Under the pieces are notes generated by a model that searched no databases, was not told the DNA's origin, and worked only from the letters and a program-made list of their open reading frames with translations. This document shows, piece by piece, positions 8,034-16,607 of a stretch of DNA of 38,549 nucleotides. This stretch comes from a bacterium UBP13_UBA5359 (GTDB taxonomy: Bacteria; UBP13; UBA5359): positions 1 to 38,549 of the forward strand of contig DHPR01000030.1 in NCBI GenBank assembly GCA_002410925.1. The letters are read 5' to 3'. The stretch's first letter is position 1; the number at the start of each line of letters is the position of its first letter. The position numbers and the translations under genes are program-made.

Positions 8034-8837
8034 TTAAAGTTCTTTTCTGAGAACCTGCAGAAGGCTTTCAACTCCTTTTATCGTTTTAATGTATTTTCTG
8101 CCAACGGGAACAATCGAGCCATCATCCATATAGATACGATACGCTTTTTTGCCATAATGCTCGATTTCACTTATATGCCTGATACTGATCAAGAAACCTC
8201 TATGCGCTTGAACGAAAAAATGCTCAGTCATTTTGGTAACTATATCTTTCATGCTGGGCATGACTCTTTGCGGTTTGCCGCTCCCGTATTTCATAAACAG
8301 ATATCCTGCCTCGGTGTAGAATGAAACTATATCTCTTACACAGAAATGCTTGTCTTCACCTTTTATTTTTATCCTAATATATTCAGATGCTTCTAACCGT
8401 TCTTTAAGATTTGTTCTCAAGCGGTCTATATCCGCGCAAATGTATTCAAGAGAACTCTCTTTAATTACCCTTACATTTTCTTTCAAGCGTTCAACCTCAC
8501 TTGACAACTGTTCTGAATTAACCGGCTTGGGAATAAAAGCTGTGGCATTGGCTTTATAGCCCATTTTTACATACTCATCTTCATATCCGGTTATTAGAGC
8601 TATCAACGGCAGTTGTTTGCCCTTCTTCAATTTTACTGAAGCCTCCATGCCGTTCATACCGGGCATAACGATATCCATAAAGACTATATCCGGCTGCATG
8701 GTCTCTGCCGCTTCCAACGCTTTCTCTCCATCAGAGGCCATGCCTGCAATCTCTATATCTTCGATCTCCTCCAACATGCTTTTCAATAACCAGGATGATC
8801 TTGCATCATCATCGACAATCAGGCATTTGAATTTCAA
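8034..8837 (-). CDS. LytR/AlgR-family response regulator (REC + LytTR)
   Basis: Receiver motifs IVDDD, DIVFMDIVMPGMNG and FIPKP. LytTR motifs FVQAHRGFLI and VPVGRKY. Confidence 0.92.
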   Translation of the reverse strand: MKFKCLIVDDDARSSWLLKSMLEEIEDIEIAGMASDGEKALEAAETMQPDIVFMDIVMPGMNGMEASVKLKKGKQLPLIALITGYEDEYVKMGYKANATAFIPKPVNSEQLSSEVERLKENVRVIKESSLEYICADIDRLRTNLKERLEASEYIRIKIKGEDKHFCVRDIVSFYTEAGYLFMKYGSGKPQRVMPSMKDIVTKMTEHFFVQAHRGFLISIRHISEIEHYGKKAYRIYMDDGSIVPVGRKYIKTIKGVESLLQVLRKEL

Positions 8838-8921
8838 AAATTATCTCCTCCCTTCTTCTCTGAATAATAGATAGAATATCTGTTTATAATCTGAATTGCT
8901 TGGTCTCTTGCTTGTAATTTA

Positions 8922-8951
8922 ATTATACCGTTAGGTACTTAGGGTATGCAA
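8922..8951 (-). promoter_or_regulatory. Sigma70-type promoter for the LytTR regulator
   Basis: TTGCAT-18 bp-TATAAT on the minus strand. Confidence 0.55.
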
Positions 8952-9237
8952 GAAAAACGGATTTCGTGCGGCTGAAAGAAGTTTTTGAAGAGTCGCCGGC
9001 AGAAAAAACAAGGCTGCTTATAGCGATCCTGGAGATTGTGCGAATAAAGGAGCCGATACCCAGCCCGTGGATAAAAAAAAGGGAACGACACTTGGAGTAA
9101 AAGGCCACTTAACCAGGCAAATTACAGCAAAGCTGTTACCCTAAGCTTGTTACAAAGTCCTCTCAGCCGTGCTTTGGCCTGCCTTCCCTTGGCACAAAGA
9201 ATATTTTTCAAATACAATTCACCCTGGCTGTAAATGC

Positions 9238-10365
9238 CTAATAGAGCGAAACAAAAAGAAGCCAAAGGCCCATGAGCAGGAAGATCGTCGCCAGTATCAG
9301 CTTGGAGGCCGGAACTGCTTTTCTGCCCCAATCGGCCATACGCAGAGCGGGGATCCCTAGACTTACCAGCAGGGTCAGGATCAGCAAAGGCGTAACGAAC
9401 GCGGCTCCATAGAACAGCAGATAACCCAGAGCGCTGTTTGCCTTGCCGGGAGTGGAGGCTATCATGGCCAGGGTGGGCAAATATATCTGGCCGGTGCAGA
9501 CCAGTTCCAGCAGAGAGACGACCAATCCGGCCAGAAAAACGGCCGGCACAACGTATACCCGCTTCAATTGATTGCGCAGTACCCGCTGCTTCAGGCACTG
9601 CAGGGGCTTGGGCAGCTTCAAGACGATATCGCCTGTCCTGCCTCCAGCGGCTGCACGGTAATCTTTGAAACTGTAAAGGGCCGCTGCCAAACTGAGGCTG
9701 CCGATGATAATATTGAGGGTTCTGCCCAGAGAATTATCAAAGGCGTAAGCCCTTATAGCTCTGAAGACGCTCCAGCCGATGCCCAGATAGGCCAGGAAGA
9801 CACCTGAGGCAAATATCAAACCCACAATGAGCGTCTCCCTTCTGCCCCGGCCGGCCAGAGTCAGATACGAGGCAAAGAGCAGAAAGGTGGCAAAGGCACA
9901 GGGATTGATGCCGTCCGCCAGGCCGGCCAGAGCCACGGCCGACAGACGCAGGCTGAGGCTGGGCGGAGCGCTGCCTGCGTAGGGATCGCCTTTGCCGGAC
10001 GCCTGGGTCTTGCAGGCTCTGCCGGCCTTGCTGATCCATGCCTTGATCTTCTCCTCGCCGGTAATACAGGCTTCACCGGTAAAGAGCGCCATGCTCCCGT
10101 CCCATTCTGCAACAGGTACTTTATAGCGGCGGTACATCTTAAAGAGCAGCGCCGTGTTCTCGGGCTCCTGCAGATTATATCTGGTGACGGCAGCGTCAGG
10201 ATGAGCGTCGAGATAGTCCAGCACCTGCCGGCATCTGTTGCAGATGGAGTGAAAGAGCATAGGGCATTGAACAGCCGCTGCCAAAGCCGGCTTAACAGGA
10301 AGAAGCGCCGGCAGCAGAAGCAGGAGGAGAATGCCTGCCAGGATGCTCCCTGCCCCCGGCCTCAC
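9238..10365 (-). CDS. Thioredoxin-like CxxC domain fused to a CcdA/DsbD-type transmembrane domain
   Basis: Signal peptide and CNRC motif. Multi-TM domain with the conserved Cys pair DGINPCAF and ELVCTGQIY. Confidence 0.8.
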   Translation of the reverse strand: MRPGAGSILAGILLLLLLPALLPVKPALAAAVQCPMLFHSICNRCRQVLDYLDAHPDAAVTRYNLQEPENTALLFKMYRRYKVPVAEWDGSMALFTGEACITGEEKIKAWISKAGRACKTQASGKGDPYAGSAPPSLSLRLSAVALAGLADGINPCAFATFLLFASYLTLAGRGRRETLIVGLIFASGVFLAYLGIGWSVFRAIRAYAFDNSLGRTLNIIIGSLSLAAALYSFKDYRAAAGGRTGDIVLKLPKPLQCLKQRVLRNQLKRVYVVPAVFLAGLVVSLLELVCTGQIYLPTLAMIASTPGKANSALGYLLFYGAAFVTPLLILTLLVSLGIPALRMADWGRKAVPASKLILATIFLLMGLWLLFVSLY

Positions 10366-10964
10366 TTCTCTCTCCCGATAAGCAGCACTATCATCTCCCG
10401 GCAGGCGGCGTTGAAGGCATACTCTTTACGCTTGCCCCCAACTTCTGCCAGCAGATAATCTCCTTTGCTGCCGGACATGTAACCGCTGACGGCATAGCTG
10501 CAGCCATGGCGGCGCTCGGCATCAGGACCGGCCGCAGCTCCGGTCAACAGGGTGATGACGGCCAGGTTGCCGTTCTTGAGCTCCTGCTTGAGTTCGCTGA
10601 AGGTAATACTCCTGGACGGATTCTTCCTGTAGCACTCCCGCAGCTTTAACTTGCAGCCGTAAGCTTCATTGAAAGCGCCGAGTCCATCATACAATGGATA
10701 GGCATACGGCTTGCCTGGCTTATCGCAAAGACACTTCCGGGCAAACAGGGCTGTCTTGGCGGCAAACTCCTCTCTGCTCTCATCCTTCTCCCGACATTTG
10801 AGATAATCCATTACAGAGGCGGCAGCGGCTATATGGCTGCTGTAGGTCTGAGGATAAGCGAACAGCGGCCGGGGCTTGAGATACTCGGCTTTGGGCCGAG
10901 CCGCGTTTGCCGGATAAACGGTGACAAGGAACATGACAGTGATCAGAGTAGATGCATATTTCAA
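10362..10964 (-). CDS. Secreted peptidase C39-like fold protein, probably catalytically degenerate
   Basis: Likely TTG start at 10964 after GGAG. Signal peptide ending ANA|A. Pattern Q...AAAASVMDY...LKQELKNG..(H)GCSYAVSGY. Confidence 0.5.
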   Translation of the reverse strand: MKYASTLITVMFLVTVYPANAARPKAEYLKPRPLFAYPQTYSSHIAAAASVMDYLKCREKDESREEFAAKTALFARKCLCDKPGKPYAYPLYDGLGAFNEAYGCKLKLRECYRKNPSRSITFSELKQELKNGNLAVITLLTGAAAGPDAERRHGCSYAVSGYMSGSKGDYLLAEVGGKRKEYAFNAACREMIVLLIGREK

Positions 10965-10965
10965 C

Positions 10966-13341
10966 TTACTTTCTCCCAATTTTTTTCAGAATATCTTGCG
11001 CCCGCTTACGGATAGGGCCGGGTTCGGCTGATTGAACCAGCGCGGTCAATTCCCGGGCGGCATCCTTCGTTTTGCCACCGCTCAGATGGAGCATGCTGAG
11101 ATTGAAACGGGCAAAGAAATCGTTGGGATTAACGGCAAGAGCCTTCTTATAGGCTACTTTAGCTCTCTCCGGTTGCCGCAAGCCGGAATATACCACACCT
11201 AGATTAGTGCAGGCACGCCAGTTTGACGGATTCAGCATTATGGCTTTTTCATAGGCAGCAGCAGCCTTAGCATTGCTGCCCTGTTGACGATAATAATTGC
11301 CAAGGCTGTAACTTATTTCGGCATTTTTAGGATCAAGCTTGCTTGCCTTGAGGTAATCGCTTACGGCCTGCCGCTGCTGGCCGGCGCGATAGAGCAGATT
11401 GCCCCGTCTTAGATATATCTCGGCTGCATCTTTATGCAGAGAGTCGCCTTCCGCCGCAGACACGAAGACATCTTTGTCCGCTATCTTCACGGCTGCAGAT
11501 GCCTCCTGCGAGGCCTTATCCATCTTGCCCGCATCGGCATATATCTCAGCCAACGCTATGTGTATATCCGGCTTATCCTCCAGTTTGAGCGCTTTTTCGT
11601 ATTCCTCGGCAGCTTCATCATAGCGGCGCAGGTTGCTCAGAACAGCTCCCAGGTTATAGTGTAACCGAGAGTAGTTGGGAGATAACGTTTCTATGCTGCG
11701 ATAGCTCTTCAATGAAGATTCATAATCACCATTGATATTATATACATGACCCAGTTTGTAATAGGCCGGCAGACAATATCCGTCGAGGTTGACAGCCCTA
11801 TCCAACTTTATGCGGGCCAACTGAGGATCATCACTGTGCAAGGCTATTTCCCCTTGCCTGAGATAAGTGCCGGCCATAAAGCTCTTTCCGGTAGGAAAGA
11901 GAGCCAGAATTACCGCTGTGATAGCTGCCCCATAGAGAAGGACAGTGCCTTCGGGATGGGGTTTTGGCATTTGTGTGCTCGCATGGAGCTTGCGTGATTT
12001 CTTTTTTCTTTGCAACGCCACCCTTGCTGCCGGAATTGACATGCTCTCTCTCACAGACTCCTGTCGTAATTGCGCTTCCATAGCCGCAATTAATGCCAGC
12101 ATCAGCCAGAAGAATGAGCCGCCTAACGCCTTACGCATGGTGACGCCAGTCATGTTCTGGATCATGAAAGCCGTCAGGCCGCAGATAAAGGCCGCTGCCG
12201 GATAACGGCGATCATCATCTGCTTGTCGCATTATACGCAATGCCAGACGAATGGCAGCAAACAGGAGCCATACAAAGAGAAACAGCCCTATAACGCCTGT
12301 TTCGGAGGCTATCTCCAAAAACTCGTTATGAGCATGATCGGTTATCTGGCCTATGCCGGTGGCATAGGCTCTGCGGTCCTGGTAGCGGGGATAATATATG
12401 AAGAAAGTGCCCGGTCCGGTTCCAGTAAAGATATGATCCCGGATGATCCCTTGAGCAGCTTTCCAGATAATGACCCGCTGCACGTTGCCTTGCTGGGCGA
12501 TACTGAACGACGTGGCCAGGCGATCTTCCAGCTTCATGGCCGATGGAGCGGTCTTTGCCGCCGTTATCGAGACAGCGATCATAACCATCAGCAGAAGCAG
12601 TGCCCACTTGAGAACGCCTGTCCGGTAAAGCTTACGACAGCCGATATATATCATCAGCAAGCCGGCGTCCAGCAGCAGGGCTACTCCAATGCCCAGCCAA
12701 GCGGCCCTGGTGTAAGTCAGCAACAGGCAGAGGAACATCAGCACGGTCAGGCTTCCAAGGGTAAAACGCCTTATGGAGGACCCTGCGTTGAGGAAAAGGT
12801 TGAGTGCCAGCGAAAGGAGTATAGCCAGGTAGGCGGCAAAATAAGTAGGGTTCCCCATAAAGGAGAGCATACGGGATATATCCCATTTGACGGGGTCTAT
12901 GCCGAAGCGCTGCAGCATCCCGTAAACGCATGTCAGCGCAGCGGCAGCCAGAGCAACGGACAACAGCCTGCTCATACCTTTATCCATTCTGAAGCCCGTG
13001 GTCAGCGTGAGATAGAGAATGATGTAACCGGCGAATTGCAGCATAGCTCTCAAACCGGCATATTTATAAGGCGACAGCAGAAAGACTATGCTGTTCCAGA
13101 CAAAAAGAGCCAATATGGGAAGATTGAGCTCCGAGGCATTGATCAAGGCATTCTTCTCTCTGACCGACTGCACTATCCACACAGCCAGCAAAGCAACTGC
13201 GCCAAGATTGAAGATTGCCTGCTTTATATAGATGGCATCTGCAGTGCCGGTATAAAGGGCCAGTGGGAGCAGGAATACCAAAGCTATCAGAATAAATTCC
13301 ACCGCCCGGCTGTAACCACTTCTTACAACGTTCTTCTGCAT
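10966..13341 (-). CDS. O-antigen ligase / O-oligosaccharyltransferase family protein with C-terminal TPRs
   Basis: About 12 TM helices with motifs SFMGNPTY, TYTRAAW, R..IW, GTGPGTF and HAHNEFLE. C-terminal TPR array. Confidence 0.88.
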   Translation of the reverse strand: MQKNVVRSGYSRAVEFILIALVFLLPLALYTGTADAIYIKQAIFNLGAVALLAVWIVQSVREKNALINASELNLPILALFVWNSIVFLLSPYKYAGLRAMLQFAGYIILYLTLTTGFRMDKGMSRLLSVALAAAALTCVYGMLQRFGIDPVKWDISRMLSFMGNPTYFAAYLAILLSLALNLFLNAGSSIRRFTLGSLTVLMFLCLLLTYTRAAWLGIGVALLLDAGLLMIYIGCRKLYRTGVLKWALLLLMVMIAVSITAAKTAPSAMKLEDRLATSFSIAQQGNVQRVIIWKAAQGIIRDHIFTGTGPGTFFIYYPRYQDRRAYATGIGQITDHAHNEFLEIASETGVIGLFLFVWLLFAAIRLALRIMRQADDDRRYPAAAFICGLTAFMIQNMTGVTMRKALGGSFFWLMLALIAAMEAQLRQESVRESMSIPAARVALQRKKKSRKLHASTQMPKPHPEGTVLLYGAAITAVILALFPTGKSFMAGTYLRQGEIALHSDDPQLARIKLDRAVNLDGYCLPAYYKLGHVYNINGDYESSLKSYRSIETLSPNYSRLHYNLGAVLSNLRRYDEAAEEYEKALKLEDKPDIHIALAEIYADAGKMDKASQEASAAVKIADKDVFVSAAEGDSLHKDAAEIYLRRGNLLYRAGQQRQAVSDYLKASKLDPKNAEISYSLGNYYRQQGSNAKAAAAYEKAIMLNPSNWRACTNLGVVYSGLRQPERAKVAYKKALAVNPNDFFARFNLSMLHLSGGKTKDAARELTALVQSAEPGPIRKRAQDILKKIGRK

Positions 13342-13367
13342 GGTATTACTGCCTGTTCATTTATTGA

Positions 13368-13547
13368 TCTTGCTTACGGTTGCCAATTCTATCTTCTCAT
13401 AAATTCCGCTCAAGTTCAAATAGAGGCGCCTTCGGTTTCCTTCCTGATCACCTTAAAGCTCAGAGAGGCTTCCTTATCCTGGGCCAGCAGGCCAGTGGAT
13501 ACGGTTGAATCTCTACGTATAGCTCTTTTCAGTTCAACCGTAAAAGA
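13368..13547 (-). ncRNA. ssrS: Probable 6S RNA
   Basis: 180-nt rod. Terminal stem UUACGGUUG/CAACCGUAA, then CUAU/AUAG and AGAUUC/GAAUUU, a central bubble, and inner stem AGG-AA-GCCU/AGGC-G-CCU resembling the conserved 6S GGGAGCC/GGCACCC element. Also has 3' GAGCGG and GGCA motifs. Confidence 0.6.
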
Positions 13548-13617
13548 AGGGGCAGAGATAGGTATTCTTCATTGTTATTGCAGTTGCTCAAAGCCGTTGG
13601 GGTACGTTCCCATAAGT

Positions 13618-14676
13618 TTACCAGCGAAAAATAGGTTTGACCATGTCGTAGTAGTTTCGGTCTATTTCCTCATACGCCCGGGGAGCGTCATCAACATCAT
13701 AAACGGGCGAGAAATCCACCTTCAGCCTTCCTGAAGCTACCAGAGAGAGTACCTCTGTCTTATGGCCGGGACCATTGGCGCAGCTCATGGTAATAGTAGC
13801 ATTGGTCACAAACCATTTCTGATACGGCGTCAGAATAATAGGACGCGGATAATCTCCCTGCAGGTGAATACGTACCGGGAGCTCATCATCCGTCCAGCCT
13901 CCTGATTTCACGTAACCATTCAGAGTATTGATAACATCTGGATCGCCTGAGCACTCAATAATGGCATCAACTCCGTGTCCGTCGGTAATCTCCCGAACGG
14001 CTTCAAGAGGATCGGTAGAGGAGGAATCTATTACACGATCAGCATAGGGCAGTGCACGCTCCGCTCTGATATGGCGACAATCCATGGCAATTACCCGGCA
14101 ATCGGCATATATCTTTATTAGCTGCATAGCCGCTATTCCCATTTGACCGCAGCCTGTCACCAGTATAGTTTCACCATCAGCCGGACGCAGACGCTTGACT
14201 CCCTTTAACGCCACGCTGGGAATATAGGCTGCTACAGCCTCTTCATCGCTGACCTCATCCGGTATTTTGGCCAGAGCATCGCCGGCGCTGCCGGCAACAG
14301 TTGGATTTTTGATGGAGAGACTTACCTGGCCTCCCCAGGCATGGCAATAATCAGGGAAATACCTGACCTCGTTGGCCATAACCCTGTCGCCTATGCAGGG
14401 TAGATAACCGGCGTCCTGCGGCTTGACGCGATCTCCTACATATATTACCTGTCCCACCTGCTCATAGCCGGGAATCAAGGGATACCATATTTCGCTGCCT
14501 TTATCTATGGCCTCTCCGCGATAAAGCTTCATCTCCGTACCTAAGGATACGCCGCTAAAAGTAGTCTTTACCACCACTGTCTCATCGTCCACTATCGGCA
14601 AGTGAATGCCCTTTACCACTGCCTTATAGGGACGCTCAAAAATAATTGCTTTAGCTCTTTTAAAATTGCTATTCAT
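13618..14676 (-). CDS. Medium-chain (MDR/GroES-like) NAD-dependent dehydrogenase, BchC-like subgroup
   Basis: SGVSLGTE, YPLIPGYEQVGQV, Rossmann GCGQMG and GVDAIIECSG. Start at ATG 14676 after GGAGAAG. Confidence 0.85.
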   Translation of the reverse strand: MNSNFKRAKAIIFERPYKAVVKGIHLPIVDDETVVVKTTFSGVSLGTEMKLYRGEAIDKGSEIWYPLIPGYEQVGQVIYVGDRVKPQDAGYLPCIGDRVMANEVRYFPDYCHAWGGQVSLSIKNPTVAGSAGDALAKIPDEVSDEEAVAAYIPSVALKGVKRLRPADGETILVTGCGQMGIAAMQLIKIYADCRVIAMDCRHIRAERALPYADRVIDSSSTDPLEAVREITDGHGVDAIIECSGDPDVINTLNGYVKSGGWTDDELPVRIHLQGDYPRPIILTPYQKWFVTNATITMSCANGPGHKTEVLSLVASGRLKVDFSPVYDVDDAPRAYEEIDRNYYDMVKPIFRW

Positions 14677-14709
14677 AATCTCTTCTCCATATTGAAAGGA
14701 CAATCCTTT

Positions 14710-15786
14710 TCATGCCTGGCCATTGTAACTATAATTGTGCCGCCAGCGCCAGACACACCGCTTGCAGGCAGGGTTCCCTGCTGAATCGATCCCTCTTCGG
14801 AATCGATCGGCTTCAGGGCCTTGAAAAATCTCTTCTATGCTCTTTTCCAGAATATTTCCCAGCGAACCGTCGCTGACATCAAGACAGAAAGAGGTGCTTC
14901 CATCGCTGCGAATAGAGAGACGATTCCAGGGAGCACGACAGCTTAGCGGCAGAATATCCGCCTCCGGGTCATTATACCAGGGCGGCAAATGCTCCGGCTG
15001 CATGCTGTCGACGCTCAGACGCAACCGCAGATCGGGATAATTCGCCATCAGCCTTTCAACGTTTTCAGCCAGATTTCGCCCATACCCACAAGAGAATTCA
15101 GCCAGCCAGCTTGCTCCGGTATTCTCTCTGATACCATAGCTTGACAGCCACTCTGAATACAAATACAGCTGCTCACGGCTGAGGAATATTTGCGGGCTCA
15201 GCAACCAGTCCTGCACACCCCACTTTTTCAGATAGAGAGCTAACTCTCCGAGCCTGCCCATATTCTCAGGCAGAAGAGTAGTCATCACTGCCAGCTTCTG
15301 ATGCGGGAATTCTTGTCGCATTCTCTCTATGCCGGCTTCTATCCGAGCAAAGGTGCCCTTCACCCCTCTGACAAGGTCATGGATTTCCGGCGGGCCGTCA
15401 AGAGAAAGGTAAATCCATTCAAAGAGACCTCCCAGAGAATGAACCCATTCCTTTAAAAGCACACCGTTGGTGACCAGGCTATGCTGCAACCCCAGCTCTG
15501 ACAGGCGACAGCAAAAATCTCCCAGCCAGGGAACCAGCAGCGGCTCTCCCCCCCAAACAGTGATATACGGCTCCAGCGAAGCTAATTGATCCGCTACAAA
15601 GAGCCACCGGGATAGGTCCATCTCATATTGGTCGCGGCAGCTATGCTGATAACCTTTCTCCCCCCACTGGCCGCACATTCGGCAATGCAGATTGCACCGT
15701 CGTGTAAGCTGCACGGTTACGGCTCGCAGCGTTATCCGCTCCTCCTCTTTCGGCTCTCCTCCATATGCGGTATCAGCCATCCTCAT
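14710..15786 (-). CDS. Radical SAM enzyme with a C-terminal SPASM/twitch auxiliary Fe-S domain
   Basis: CNLHCRMC, GGEPLL, TNG, SLDG, HDLVRG. C-terminal CRAPW...FC...GNI...CKRC. Confidence 0.92.
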   Translation of the reverse strand: MRMADTAYGGEPKEEERITLRAVTVQLTRRCNLHCRMCGQWGEKGYQHSCRDQYEMDLSRWLFVADQLASLEPYITVWGGEPLLVPWLGDFCCRLSELGLQHSLVTNGVLLKEWVHSLGGLFEWIYLSLDGPPEIHDLVRGVKGTFARIEAGIERMRQEFPHQKLAVMTTLLPENMGRLGELALYLKKWGVQDWLLSPQIFLSREQLYLYSEWLSSYGIRENTGASWLAEFSCGYGRNLAENVERLMANYPDLRLRLSVDSMQPEHLPPWYNDPEADILPLSCRAPWNRLSIRSDGSTSFCLDVSDGSLGNILEKSIEEIFQGPEADRFRRGIDSAGNPACKRCVWRWRHNYSYNGQA

Positions 15787-16607
15787 ATAAACCTCTTAAT
15801 AAATTCCAGCGATCTTCGTGTGCCAAAAATAACATCCTCGGCCTGTTCATACTCAATATATACTGTTCCCTGAAAAGCCGATACCTGCGTCATGACGGCC
15901 TGCCAGTTCACCTGGCCGTCGCCGCAGGCAGCACATTCATAATAGCCGTCACTCAGCTGATAGTCCTTAAGATGAACATAAGCCGTCTGTGCCTCGATAA
16001 GAGGATATTCTGCCTGTGGCTGCACCCCTCCATAAGCTAAGAAATTGGCTGGATCGTAGAGCGCCCGGACAGCCGGGCACGCTGTTTCACTAATCAATCT
16101 CGACAGTCGTTCTCCTGTGGTAGTCAGGCTGCCGAACCGGTGAAAATGCCGGCCGTCCCCGGCCGGAGTTATGCCTCCGTGTACTTCCACCGCCAGAATC
16201 ACTCCTCTGCTGTGAGCATATGAACCGGCTGCCTGCAAAGATCCCACTACCTGCCTCCAGATATTATGAGTTATCTCCTCTTCTTTGCAAAAACCGGCAA
16301 AAACACGCAGATATGCGGCTTCCAAACGAGCACAGACATCGATCGCCCGTTTAACCCGCGCTAGCTCGCGATGATAATCCGGCACAGAAAAATCATTGCC
16401 GGCCGCTACAGCTTCGCAAAGAAGTCCGTACTCGGATAACTTCCTCTTGACAGCCTCTATTTCAGAGGCCGTGGAATCACCGCTCAGGTAGGCATAATCA
16501 TTTTCGCAAGAGAGTTCTATATGCTTCAGGCCCAGGCCGGCGGTAGCTCGTATATAATTATCCAAGCTCATTTCGCGGTATCCCCAGCATGCGTTTCCCA
16601 GCTTCAC
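15783..16607 (-). CDS. Sugar phosphate isomerase/epimerase (xylose-isomerase-like / AP-endonuclease-2 TIM barrel)
   Basis: Metal-ligand motifs AVEVHGG, YDPANF, VHLKD, GDGQVNW and IEYE. Confidence 0.88.
   Translation of the reverse strand: MKLGNACWGYREMSLDNYIRATAGLGLKHIELSCENDYAYLSGDSTASEIEAVKRKLSEYGLLCEAVAAGNDFSVPDYHRELARVKRAIDVCARLEAAYLRVFAGFCKEEEITHNIWRQVVGSLQAAGSYAHSRGVILAVEVHGGITPAGDGRHFHRFGSLTTTGERLSRLISETACPAVRALYDPANFLAYGGVQPQAEYPLIEAQTAYVHLKDYQLSDGYYECAACGDGQVNWQAVMTQVSAFQGTVYIEYEQAEDVIFGTRRSLEFIKRFI

Noticed and set aside
8923-9108. Short ORFs in the LytTR upstream region (61 aa on -, about 44 aa from a GTG on +)
   Set aside because: No convincing RBS or motif. The minus ORF overlaps the predicted promoter.
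13368-13547. Alternative reading as an IS200/IS605 end, T-box or riboswitch
   Set aside because: No transposase or TnpB remnant and no T-box consensus. The rod fold and length fit 6S RNA better.
12223-13734. 503-aa + strand ORF
   Set aside because: Antisense to the ligase-TPR gene and the probable 6S RNA. Its Q/H-rich composition is typical of a membrane-protein shadow.
13618-14676. bchC / photosynthesis assignment
   Set aside because: No other bch or puf genes, and the context is sugar catabolism.
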